Assembly (NCBI RefSeq): GCF_009914755.1
Contig: NC_060928.1
Length of the DNA: 64,000 nucleotides
Strand: one strand, 5' to 3'
DNA from: the human T2T-CHM13v2.0 reference genome, Homo sapiens
The translations under genes and the position numbers were made by a program. The notes below the pieces were generated by a model, which searched no databases, was not told the DNA's origin, and saw only the letters and a list, made by a program, of their open reading frames with translations. Positions 1-11,159 of the stretch are shown piece after piece; position 1 is the stretch's first letter; the number at the start of each line of letters is the position of its first letter.

Positions 1-198
1 TGCATTCTTCGATGTGCTGGGAGTCAGCTTGCACAAGTTAAGTCCCTGAGGAAGGGGCTGCCAGTGAAAGAGCCAAGATGGAATCTGTCTGGCTCTCTTA
101 GCTAAGGGAGAGTCAATTCAGGTGGAAACAAGGCTAGGTCATTAAAAGAAAGGGAGAGTCTAAAAACAGGGTGAGTAAAAACATGGTTGGGCATTACA
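1..198 (-). repeat. HERV-T 3' LTR (LTR6-type), U3 start; truncated by the window edge
   Basis: Minus strand begins TGTAATGCCC directly after the purine tract AAGTGAGGAA; shares sequence with the 5' LTR. Confidence 0.88.
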
Positions 199-222
199 TT
201 CCTCACTTGTGTTTTTGGGGAA

Positions 223-1301
223 TCAAATCGTTGATTCTTCAGTTATAAAAAGGGGGTTATTTTGAGTCTTCAGATACATAAGTTTGACAGAAGCTATTCG
301 TTGTTTTACAAAATTAAGAAACTAACTTAATATACAATGCCCCAAAATTAGACTTATTAGTAGGATGGGGAGGGGGTCCAGCTAACTTAGTAATTAGAGT
401 GGTTAGCTATGGGTTCTAGTTGAACATGCGTTGATACTAGGGGATGTTACTTTTTTGTTCTTGTTGGCGCTTGTCTAGATTTTCTTGCACTTTTTGGAGT
501 GTATCTTTTATGACTAAGAAAGGTGGAGGAACAGTTAAATCAACTTTGTCAGGGTGTTCCTGGAACGTAGGGTTACTTAGATCAGTTAAAGGCCTGATTG
601 ACTTGGGTGGGCTTTATGAGACTAGGGTTTTTTTGGATGGTGAACATATACTTAACATTAAATCCTGGGATATAAAATCTTAATGTTCATGACATGCCAT
701 GATACTATTGAGTTGAATTAAGGTCATGGACAGTTAGAGGATTACAGTTTTTTCTAGTACATAATTTAGGATGAGAAGCACGAGTTATGGAAAGAGTTGA
801 AGATCTGGTTGATCTTTTAGAGTAGGTGGCTAAAGTTACACATGTCTAATCAGGGCAGAAAAACTGATAAGCATCTTGACAGCTAGCGTCAGGGTGATTT
901 CTAGGACAGAGGTAAAAGTCAACATTTTGGAGTCTTTTTTTCTGCACTTTTGGAGCTTCTGCAATTAGTTTGGCTCTTGGAGTGTCTGAATCTTGCTGCA
1001 AGGTCGACACTTCCTGCTCCTGGGACTGGCAGATGGTGTTGTTTTTGTGGGTGTGGGCTGGCTTTGGGAATAGTACAAATAAATCAACTGCAAAGGAGAC
1101 TTCCTTGGAGGTACGGACCTTCTAAGTGGTGTTTGCAAATACACGTCCTGTTGTGAAAGAGGTGAGGAGAAAGGAGTAGGAAGGCACAGAGGATGTAACT
1201 GGCAAAAACAAATAAGTGAGGTAGACAAAAAGAATGAATCTAATGGCTTCACCTGACTTAGGTGCAGTTTTAAGGGGCCTGACTTAGGCCTGGGGACTTA
1301 T
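223..1301 (-). pseudogene. HERV-T env remnant (N-terminal SU fused to C-terminal TM; many stops)
   Basis: Translates ISPQA*VRPLKTAPKSGEAIRFILFVYL...FTTGRVFANTT*...KEVSFAVDL and NIP*YQRMFN*NP*LTTLIT, matching recalled HERV-T Env; start codon reads ATA. Confidence 0.88.
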
Positions 1302-3340
1302 GTTTTGAGCTGGGCTCTGTTGGACTTTTTGATGCGGGAGTGATGAATCTAGCAGGAATGCCGCCTACTTTCAGAGCAGTTGGAGTCGTGAGGATGACGG
1401 TGTGAGGTCTTTTCTAAGCAGGAGTGAGTCTTTCTTTTTGGAACTTTTTAACAAACGCTAGGTCTCCTGGCTGGAATGAATGGCAGGACTTTTTCTGGTC
1501 AGGAATTGGATTGGGAAGGGCTCCTCAAACAAGTGGCAGGATAATATCTTGTACCTGTTGGAGAGAATATAGGTACTGTAATAAATTAGTTTGTGATATT
1601 TCTGCTAATTTCACATCTCTTCACTTAGGCAAGATAGGCAGCACCTTCTTATACATGATTTCAAAGGGTGAGAACTTAGCGTGGTAAGGGGTGCACCTTA
1701 CTTTAAGTAGAGCTAAAGGAAGGAGACTTACTTAATTTACACTGGTTTTTAAGATTTTGTAAGAGTGTTTTTTAGGGTGTGGTTCATGCGTTGTACTTGC
1801 CTGGAGCTCTGAGGTTGATAGGCACGATGGAGCTTCTATTGAATGTTTAAGGCCTTACTGACTGACTGAGCTATAGGCTAGGCGACGTGAAGGCTGTTCT
1901 ATTATCAGACTTTATGGCAGCAGGCAGCCTATACTGAACGATGATTTCATTGTGTAAAAACTTAACTACTGTGTTGGTGGTTTTGTTTTCGGTAGCAAAT
2001 GCCTTAGTCTATCTGGAGAAGGTGTCTACTAGTACTAGAAGGCATTTGTACTTAGCCTGGTGTGGTTTGACTTCTGTAAAGTCAATTTCTTACTTTTTTC
2101 TTGGCGAGGTTTTTCAGAGACAGTGGCCTGGGCTGGGTTTAGGACTTTGTTTGGCATTTACTTGGGCGCAGGTTGTGAACTGGAGAGCTGCTTAATCTGT
2201 TAGGCTTTGAAGACGGGGGATCTTAAAATGGCTCCGCAGGAGCTGAGGTAGCTTTGCTCTTTTTAAGTGGGTGGTAGACTGTAGGTGATGGACTAAATTT
2301 TCTTTAAGGGTTCAGGATATGAAGCGTCTAGAGTCAGGAAGAATCTACTAACTTTCCTGATTTTTATTGACTCTGAGATCTGAAGCCAGTTTTTTGTTGT
2401 TGTTGTTGAGTGTACGGGATTGTCAGGCAGATCTGGCTGTGGAAAGGAGACTGTGGGCAGCAAGTTTAGAGGCGTGACTGAAAGTCTCGCTGCGACCTGA
2501 GCTGCTGAATCAGGTTTCTGGTTACTATGGGCAACGGCCGTGTTTTCTTTTTGATGTCCTTTGCAGTGGATCACAGCTACCTGCTGAGGTGAGTAGCCTG
2601 CTTTCCTGGTAGATGGCTTTATGTACATGTACAGTAGCAAAGGCGTACTTGCTGTCAGTGTAAATGTTAATACGTTTATTCTTACTTTATCAGAGAGCCT
2701 GAGTGAGGGCGATGAATTGAGCCTTTTGTGCTGAGGTGTTCGCTGGTAAAGCTTGAGCTTACAACACATCTGTCTCCGTGGTAACAGCTGCACTGACTTT
2801 TCATACTTCCTGCTTGAGGAAGCTGCTACTGTCTGTGAACAAGGCGGCATCTGCCTTTTCTAGGGGCACAGCTTGAAGATCAGATCGGCCAGTTTCGATA
2901 GTTTCTAACAGTTCTTGACAGTCATGAGCAGGAATAGTGCAGTCTGAGTCAGAAAGTAGTGTAGCTGGATTGAAACACTTTGTGGGAGAGAAAGTCAAAC
3001 GAGGCTGATCTAACAGTAAACTTCGATACTGCAAGATGCGAGCATTTGACATCTATTTGCCAGAAGCATTTTGTAGTAAGGTCTTTACGGCGTGAGGAGC
3101 TGTAAGGGTTAAATTTTGGCTTAGAGTTAACTTATCATCTTCTTGGGCCAGGCTTGCTGTAGCCGCTATGGCTCGCAGACAACTTGGCCATCTAGAGGCC
3201 ACAGGATCTAGCCTCTTAGATAAATAGGCCACTGGGCGTCTTTAGGGTCTTAGAGTCTGAGTAAGCACGTCTTTAGCAACTCCTTGGCTTTTATGGAGAT
3301 ATTAGGGAGGGCTAAAGCAGGGGCTTCAGTTAATGCTAAA
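1290..3340 (-). pseudogene. HERV-T pol remnant (RT connection, RNase H, integrase; PR and RT core deleted)
   Basis: LALTEAPALALP, TQTLRP*RRPVAY, *MSNARILQY, IHCKGHQK, *EIDFTEV, VDTFSR*TKAF, Q*KLHRAY. Confidence 0.88.
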
Positions 3341-4700
3341 TTAACAGGCTATTTCATTCTGTACTTCTTGGATAGCTGCCACTAAGATTTTTGTTTGTCT
3401 TTTGAATGCTTTATCAGCGGCCTTTTCAGCTGCCTGTGTTGCTTTTGTTTTTTAAACTTTTGATTGTCAAAAACTTTTTGGGCTATTTCTAAAAGCTGAC
3501 TGATATTTATTCTAGCAAATCTTTTTAGTTTTTGGAGTTTCTTTTTAATATCCGGGGCTGCCTGAGCCACAAATGCTAAATGAAGAGCACGGCTATTTTC
3601 GGGAGCTGCCGGGTCCAAAGGGGTGTAAATCCGATAAGCCTCCTGGAGGCGCTCTAAAAACGTTCTTGGTGACTTATCGGGCCTTTGGACAACTTCGGTC
3701 GTCTTAGACAAGTTTATGGGTTTCTGAGCGGCTCTTTTAATACTTGCGAGGAGATACCGGTGAAAATCGTCTAAAGCTCCCTTTCTACTTGAGGAATTTG
3801 GGTCCTGGTTAGGCCGGGTAGAGGGAAAGACCTCCTCAAGGAGGTCTCTAGCTTCTTCTTCCGGTCCGTTGGCTGATGTGAGGAAGTACTTTTTGGCTTC
3901 TTTTTGGATACGTTCCTTCTTTTCAGAGGTGAAAAGGGTTAAAAGGAGCTGTTGGCAATCATCTTAGGTGGGCGGGTTGAGTCCGGAGTACAGACTGTCA
4001 GAGAGGTCAAAGCCTGGGGCTTTTCAGAGAAGGGAGGATTATGGGTTTTCGAATTATATAAGTCAGAAGTAGAAAAAGAACACAAACTAAGAAGGGTGCT
4101 GAGCGCTCGTCACCTGGAGGGACTTGTGCCTCTCTCAGTGGTAGTAGAGGGGCTACTTCTTCCTGCCACGGTCATGATTGAGAGGCAATGGGTGGCGAGC
4201 CTACAGGGGACGTCGTCGAGCAGACATGGGATAACTTTAAGGGAGAAGGCTGGTTGTAAGGCGGTGGGACTGGGTGAGGGAGACTCTCCTCTTCTTCAGA
4301 GGGAGGCAGTACAGGGGGAGCTGAACCGGCTGAGGGTTGAGGCGAAAATGCGGTCTGGCTTAGGAGGACCTTGGAGGTAGAATTATGAATGGCGCATGAA
4401 CGGAGCCATGGAGGGGGCTCCTGACTAAACTTAGCTATTGATCAATGTAGGGAAACTGATCAGGGTGGCTAGGAGTTTCAGTAACAACCTGCCACACAGC
4501 TTGAACAATTGTGAGGTTCAATGGCCCTTCAGGGGGCCACTCGACTCTAAACTTTGGCCATTTTATTTTGCACAGTGTCTGGAGCTTGCCTTTTTTAAGG
4601 CGGACTTTATAATCCTCTGAGGAACTGAGAGGAAAATTCTGCAGCATACATTGGAGAGGGCTTTAACTTTACAAGGCTGGGAGGAAGTGTTTCTTTCTTT
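3341..4700 (-). pseudogene. HERV-T gag remnant (MA, p12-like, CA; NC missing)
   Basis: ORFs 4435-4647 (MA: WPPEG...HPDQFPYIDQ) and 3382-3711 (CA/MHR: FLERLQEAYRIYTPLDP, AFVAQAAPDI). Confidence 0.88.
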
Positions 4701-6504
4701 TTTTTTTTTTGAAGGCAATTTAATAAGATTGGAGCATAGATATTAAACTTAGCATGGACAGAGAAACTTATTTCTTGGGGGACTGGAGTAGTGAAAGAAC
4801 AGTATAAATATGACTAGAAAGAGCAGAAAAACTTACAACAGCTAATACTACTTGCTACATTGCTGTAGCTTTAAGATTGAGGGAGGAGGACTAGAGCCAG
4901 CCTGAGATCTTCTGGGTCAGTTTGATCTAGGCGTTCTTCTTCTTCTTCTAGATCTGCACTTTAAATACTTTTGGTGTCTTTATGACTTAAACGCAAATAG
5001 CCTAAACTTAGCTTTTTCTTTTAAGGGTTTAAAGAGTGAGAGCAGAGCCAAGTCCTGGAGACGGTAAACTTGCTGTCGCACCGTAAAACGAGATGTGCGG
5101 GATAGGGGGCAGGGACAAGGTGGAAAAGGACTACTCTGATCATTTTGAAGATGGGAGAGTAGCCACAGAGGAACAGAGTAAGAATCTTAACGAAGTAAAG
5201 CAGTATGGGCGTACGTTTCTTTACACAGTGTTTTACTTAAGGGCACAGGAAAAGTTACAGAATGACAAGAGAGATGAGCAAGGAAATCTGCAGGGTGGCT
5301 GTTTTGAACTCACTACTGGTTTATTTAGAGGAGGTCTAATCACTTGGACGAGGAGTATGGCGATCTAAATACTTACAACTTTCATGGTGCTAGAAATCTT
5401 AATCAGGCAAATGTTTTTCACACTTGTTCTTGTAACAACACTTGACTTGCTTCTGGCAGAAAAGACAGGACTGTGGTGGTCAGCCTAAATGATTGATGAG
5501 AAATTTAACCTCCTGTGACAAAAAATCAGCACTAAGGACTTTGAAGAAGTTTTTACTTAGACGTCTTGGGCAATATCAACGTCTTGACATGCAAAACTTT
5601 GACAACTACTAACAAGACAATAGACACTGAACAGAACAATCAATATAAAACAAACAGTTGACTTTAGGGCATGTAAACAGTTATGACAGTTTCTTCCTTT
5701 TTTTTTCTTAGACAGACAAGGAGAGGGTTTCCTGTGATGGGATCAGTCAGATGCCTGCCTGGCCACTCCCCCTGAGGGGACCTGGGCTCCTCTTACCATT
5801 GGCAGGCCGGTATAAACTTGCGGCTCAGATCAAGCTATGCCTGATGCTGCCTTAAGCCTTATGAGGTCGCCAAGGAACCGCAGGTGAGGGTCTACTTGAA
5901 CTCCGTAGCTTTCGCCGTGGAGCTACAAACTGGAGGACAAGCGCAAGCCCTTGTCCTCCCTCATTCATTCATTATTCACACAGAGTATATAACAGTTTTT
6001 TTTTCTTTCTTTCTTGGAGATTCTTCAAGAAACTTGAACAAGAGAAAGATGAGAGATATAAAAAGAGAGAGAGAGAGTGACCGGTCTGCCAGAAACCAGG
6101 ACTCAGTCCTCCAGCATCCTGGGATGTGGACTGGGTCAAGGGAGGGTCCCTGTCAGGGCCTCTTCCCTCCTAGAAAGAGACACAGAGGTGCCTAACAGAA
6201 AGCCAGCGCTCTACCTTCTAGCGTCCTAGATAAACAGGCAGAGTCAAAAGAGGGACACCCTCGTCAGGGCCGCTTCCCTCTTACTAGAACTGAAGTCAAA
6301 TCTGACCTACCTGACCTCGGGGTCAGAAGTCGAGGACTCAGAGGTGGAATTTTTGTGGGCACCCACACGGTAGTCGATCCGCTCTCCTCTGGAAGACGGT
6401 CACCTTTCGAGGACCTGAAAATTTTTTTTAGGTGGCACCCCCCAACAAGCCGGCCGTCCTTCTGGGGGAGCCCGGAGCGAGCCTGGCTCTCGCCTCATGG
6501 CGTT

Positions 6505-6521
6505 TCTCGCTGGGGCCTCCA
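6505..6521 (-). promoter_or_regulatory. Primer binding site, tRNA-Thr
   Basis: Minus strand TGGAGGCCCCAGCGAGA, 2 nt after the LTR end ...ACAACA; complementary to the tRNA-Thr 3' end CTCGCTGGGGCCTCCA. Confidence 0.9.
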
Positions 6522-6523
6522 AA

Positions 6524-6973
6524 TGTTGTACTTGAAAGAGTTAGAGAAAATGCCACACTTTCACATGAATTAAGAGTCTGCTTATTTAGCTGGCGGTCAA
6601 GAAATGGCTAACTCTTAAAGTTCTCTTGGCCCCGAAGAAGGGGCTAGATTTTCTTTTATACTTCAGTTTAGAAAGGGGAAACGGGTCTAGTTAAAAGAAT
6701 TTTACAGAAGTAAAGTAGGCAAAAAAGTTAAAAGGATAAATTGTTACAGGAAAGTAAACAGTTCTAGGTCTAAGGGCTTTAAGACTATTACAAAATGATA
6801 GACGTGGGGCTTTAGGCATTATCAATCGGACAAATTCCTGGGAACTGCGGATATTGCTCGCCCCACAGTATCTTATCAGTTAATTGCATTCTTGGATGTG
6901 CTAAGAGTCAGCTTGCACAAGTTAAGTCCTTGAGGAAGGGGCTGCCAGTGAAAAAGCCAAGATAAAAGCTGTC
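6524..6973 (-). repeat. HERV-T 5' LTR, missing ~110 bp of 5' U3
   Basis: Match to the 3' LTR stops at 6973; sequence equivalent to 90-198 is absent. Confidence 0.85.
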
Positions 6974-7318
6974 CCCAGTGTTAGAGGTGGGGCCTGGTGG
7001 GAAGAGATTGGATCATGGGGGTGGATTTCTCATGAATGATTTAGCGTCATCCTTTTGGTCCTGTCCTTGCAATAGTGAGTGAGTTCTTGCAAGATCGGGT
7101 TGTTTACGAGTGTGTAGTACCTCCCACCTTACTCTCTTGCTCCCGCTTCACCTTCTGCCATCATTGTAAGTTTCCTGAGGCCTCCACAGAAGCTCAGCGG
7201 CTGTCAGTGTCATGCTCCCTGTATAGCCTACAAAACTGTGAGCCAATTAAACCTCTTTTTTTAATATATTACCCAGCCTCAGGTATTTCTTTATAGCATG
7301 AGAGAACAGCCAAATCCA
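6974..7318 (+). mobile_element. MST-type MaLR LTR (5' truncated)
   Basis: GGTGGGGCCTGGTGGGA..GGATCATGGGGGTGG and ending ACTGTGAGCCAATTAAACCTCTTT..CCCAGCCTCAGGTATTTCTTTATAGCA. Confidence 0.75.
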
Positions 7319-7324
7319 GCAACC

Positions 7325-7440
7325 ATAGACAATATGTAGCAAATGTGCATGGCTGTGTTTCAATAAAACTTTATTGACAAACACATGTGCAAAGCAGGTC
7401 AGATTTGGCCCATGGGCCATAGTGTCCCAACCTCTGCTCT
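7325..7440. mobile_element. MER58-like hAT fragment
   Basis: GGCTGTGTTTCAATAAAACTTTATT...CAGATTTGGCCCATGGGCCATAG. Confidence 0.6.
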
Positions 7441-7475
7441 GGAATATTCTCTTCAGCCTGGATGGACAGCCCTAG

Positions 7476-7932
<457 letters not shown>

Positions 7933-8969
7933 TGACCATTGCTTATTTGTTTTGACTTTCATTTTCTTCCCCATTGTGGTAGTCATTTTCTGAATGCCTG
8001 TTAGTTTGTCCATCTCTCTCCTCTGTAGTCCCTAGAGTCAGATGAACTCCTCTGCAGGTGCAATGGTGTAACACTCTCTAGTGCTGAATTTTGAGCAGGA
8101 GAAAGAGAGCAAGAGTGACTAGTACCTTTGGAAACTCTGGCCTCCTGAGAATTTGGTGTCTTCTCTGCAAAGGTTGCAAACCTGTTAACCCACAGGCCGG
8201 AGAGAGAGACAAGCCAGAATCATGATCTGTTGAGCTTGAGTTTAATATTTGATGCACAGAGATCACTGAGTTTTTTGATAAGAATTAGAGGGGGAAGAAA
8301 TGGCCACAGAGAACAATTTCTATCTCCAGGTGAGGATTCAGGAGATAATTCTGCAAACAGAACTTCCTGAGAACTGAGATGGGGGAAATCGCTGGTATTA
8401 GAAGAGTGAAAAGGTAAGTAATTAAGGCTACGACTGTGCTCTTAGATGCAAAAGAAGAAAATGAGAGTGCCAGGCATGAATAATGAGAAATCTTTGATGG
8501 AATTAGCCATGCAGAACAGATAATAAATGCATCCTCATTCTTCTCATAGTCAAAAGTTTTTGCTTAAGCTGGATGGGAAAAAGAGAATCCCATTTCACTA
8601 AGTATAAAAGACGGGATTTTAGAGAAGGTCTCAGAAGAAAGAGATGTGGGGGTTTGGTGAAACTCACCAGAGGCTGAACCCTCTCCAGCATAACACAGGG
8701 ATTGGGAGGAGCGGGGCAGCATTAGGCCAGGTGCATAGCCCAGTGCTGCTCTCTCTGGACTTTCTGCTCTCTCTGGTCTTGTTTGCTAGCTGAGCTCATC
8801 CATTTACATAATTTTCAGTGCCATTTCTCAGCTGATGAGTCCTGAACTTTTGTCTTGAGGCTAGACTTCTCCTTCAAACAGCAGTCTTAAACACTCAACT
8901 TCTTTCTTGTTTTTTCCATTTGTCAACTCGTGAACACCTCAACCTTGTTACATCCAAAGCCAAACTCAT

Positions 8970-9275
8970 GGCTTGGAGTGGTAGGTGATGGCTGTAATCC
9001 CAGTGCTATGGGAGGCTGAGGTGGGAGGATTACTTGAGGCCAGGAGTTTGAAGCCAGCCTGGAAAACACAGTGAGACTCCCTATCTACAAAAAAAAAAAA
9101 AAAAAAAAAGCTAGGCATGGTGATGTGCATCTGTAGGATCTGTAGTCCTGCTACATGGCAGGCTGAGGCAGGAGGATCACTTGAGCCCAGGAGTTCGAGG
9201 CTGCAAAGAGCTATGATTGCACCAGTGCACTCCAGCCTGGGTGACACAGCCAGAGACCATGTCTTAAAGAAAACC
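8970..9275 (+). mobile_element. AluJ-type element
   Basis: Dimeric Alu with GGATCACTTGAGCCCAGGAGTTCGAGGCTGC and an expanded A linker. Confidence 0.8.
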
Positions 9276-9299
9276 CAAAGCCAAACTCTCTTTTTCCTC

Positions 9300-9972
9300 C
9301 TCCTTCTCCATGGGTTCTGTTCATGCCATCTCTGTTCTGCAAATGGCACCACCCCCTGCTGAGCTGCTCAAGGTGGTCATAACTCATGTGTTGTGCTAAC
9401 TCTGCTTTTGCTCTCTTCTCCAGTCAGCAAGTCCTGTGATTCTAAACTTTATCCAACTTGTCCACTCTCTCTAGCTTCACTGTCATTATCTTTGCCTAGG
9501 ACACCACTATCTCAGCTGGGCTACAGCAGCCTCCTAACTGGTCTTAACTGGTACTCTGCACCTGCTCTCCATGCTCAGCAATCCATTTCCTACCTGGCAG
9601 CTTCAGTGATCTTCAGGTGTCCATTGAGTCTCATCCCTGCCTTTCCTGCCCATGGTACATAGAATAAAATCGAGACCCCGAGTCTTCTGCCTGTTCCTGC
9701 CACCTCTCCAGCCCTCTCCTATCTCCTGCCCTTGGCCTACTCTATTTCAGCCACTATGGCCTCCTTTTGTTTTCTTGGACTTTCAAACCTTTTTCCACAA
9801 CAGGGCCTTTGCACTTACTGCTTCAGCCTGGAATGATTTTCCTCTGCACCTCCCCAGATTAGACCATCCTTTAGGTCTCAGCTAAAATGGTGCTTCCACA
9901 GACAGCTCTTTCCTGACCCCTTTATAAAGTGGACTTCCCTGCTCTTCTCCACCTTAACCTCTTATTGTTTCT
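9300..9972 (+). mobile_element. L2 3' region, continuing at 11048-11159 and 18198-18260
   Basis: Degenerate L2 motifs (CCTCCTAACTGGTCT, GGGCCTTTGCAC) and the L2 terminus GCACAGTGCCTGGCACA...CTCAATAAAT after 18198. Confidence 0.6.
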
Positions 9973-11047
9973 TGTTGTGGGAAGTCAGGGACCCCAAATG
10001 GAGAGGGACTGGCTGGAGCCATGGCAGAGGAACATAAATGGTGAAGATTTCATGGACATTTATCAGTTCCCAAATAATACTTTTATAATTTGTTATGCCT
10101 GTCTTTAATCTCTTAATTCTGTTATATTCATAAGCTAAGGATGTACATCACCTCAGGACCACTGTGATAATTGTGTTAACTGTACAAATTGATTGTAAAA
10201 CGTGTGTTTCAACAATATGAAATCAGTGCACCTTGAAAAAGAAGAGAATAACAGCAATTTTTAGGGAACAAAGGAAGACAACCATAAGGTCTGACTGCCT
10301 GCAGGGTTGGGCAAAAAGAGCCATATGTTTCTTCTTGCAGAGTCTATAAACGGATGTGCAAGTAGGAGAGATATCGCTAAATTCTTTTCCTAGCAAGGAA
10401 TATTAATAGTAATACCCTGGGAAAGGAATGCATTCCTGGGGGAAGGTCTATAAATGGCCGCTCTGGGAATATCTGTCTTATGCGGTTGAGATAAGGACTG
10501 AGATACGCCCTGGTCTCCTGCAGTACCCAAAGGCTTACTAGGGTGGAGAAAAACTCCGCCCTGATATACCTGTGGTCAGACTGGTTCTCTGCTCTTGAAC
10601 CCTGTTTTCTGTTGTTTAAGATGTTTATCAAGACAATACATGCGTGAATGAACATAGACCCTTATCAGTGGTTCTGCTTTTGCCCTTTGCTTTGTGATCT
10701 TTGCTGGACACTTATCAGTAGTTCTGCTTTTGCCCTTTGTCCTGTTCCCTCAGAAGCATGTGATCTTTGTTAGACCCTTAGTAGTAGTTCTGCTTTTTAC
10801 TCTTTGAAGCATGTGACCTTTGTACATACTCCCTGTTCTTACACACCCTCCCTTTTTGAAGCCCTTAATAAAAACTTGCTCATCTGAGACTCAGGGGGAA
10901 TCACGGTCCTACTGATGTGTAATGTCACCCCCAGCAGCCCAGCTGTAAAATTCCTCTCTTTGTAGTGTCTCTATTTCTCAGCTGGCTGACACTTATGGAA
11001 AATAGAAAGAACCCACATTGAAATATTGGGTGCAGGTTCCACCTATA
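9973..11047 (+). mobile_element. MER11 (HERV-K HML-8) solo LTR
   Basis: Begins TGTTGTGGGAAGTCAGGGACCCC, ends AATATTGGG..GGTTCCACCTATA; TATA at ~10449, AATAAA at ~10867, internal tandem repeats 10655-10820. Confidence 0.85.
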
Positions 11048-11159
11048 CTTCTTTCATGGATTTACTTATTTTTTATTTGTCCCCCTCTGTATCCTAGAAA
11101 CTCCTGGAGGGCAGAGGCATGCCTGCCATCTTCATCAATGCATTACCACCACCCAACAC

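Larger units (their letters stand above)
1..6973 (-). mobile_element. HERV-T (HERVS71/LTR6) gammaretrovirus-like provirus, internally deleted and hypermutated; 3' LTR runs off the window start
   Basis: Two LTR copies (1-89 matches ~6885-6973), tRNA-Thr PBS, PPT at 199-208, and gag/pol/env remnants with MLV-like motifs (HPDQFPYIDQ, AFVAQAAPDI, IHCKGHQK, EIDFTEV). Confidence 0.92.
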
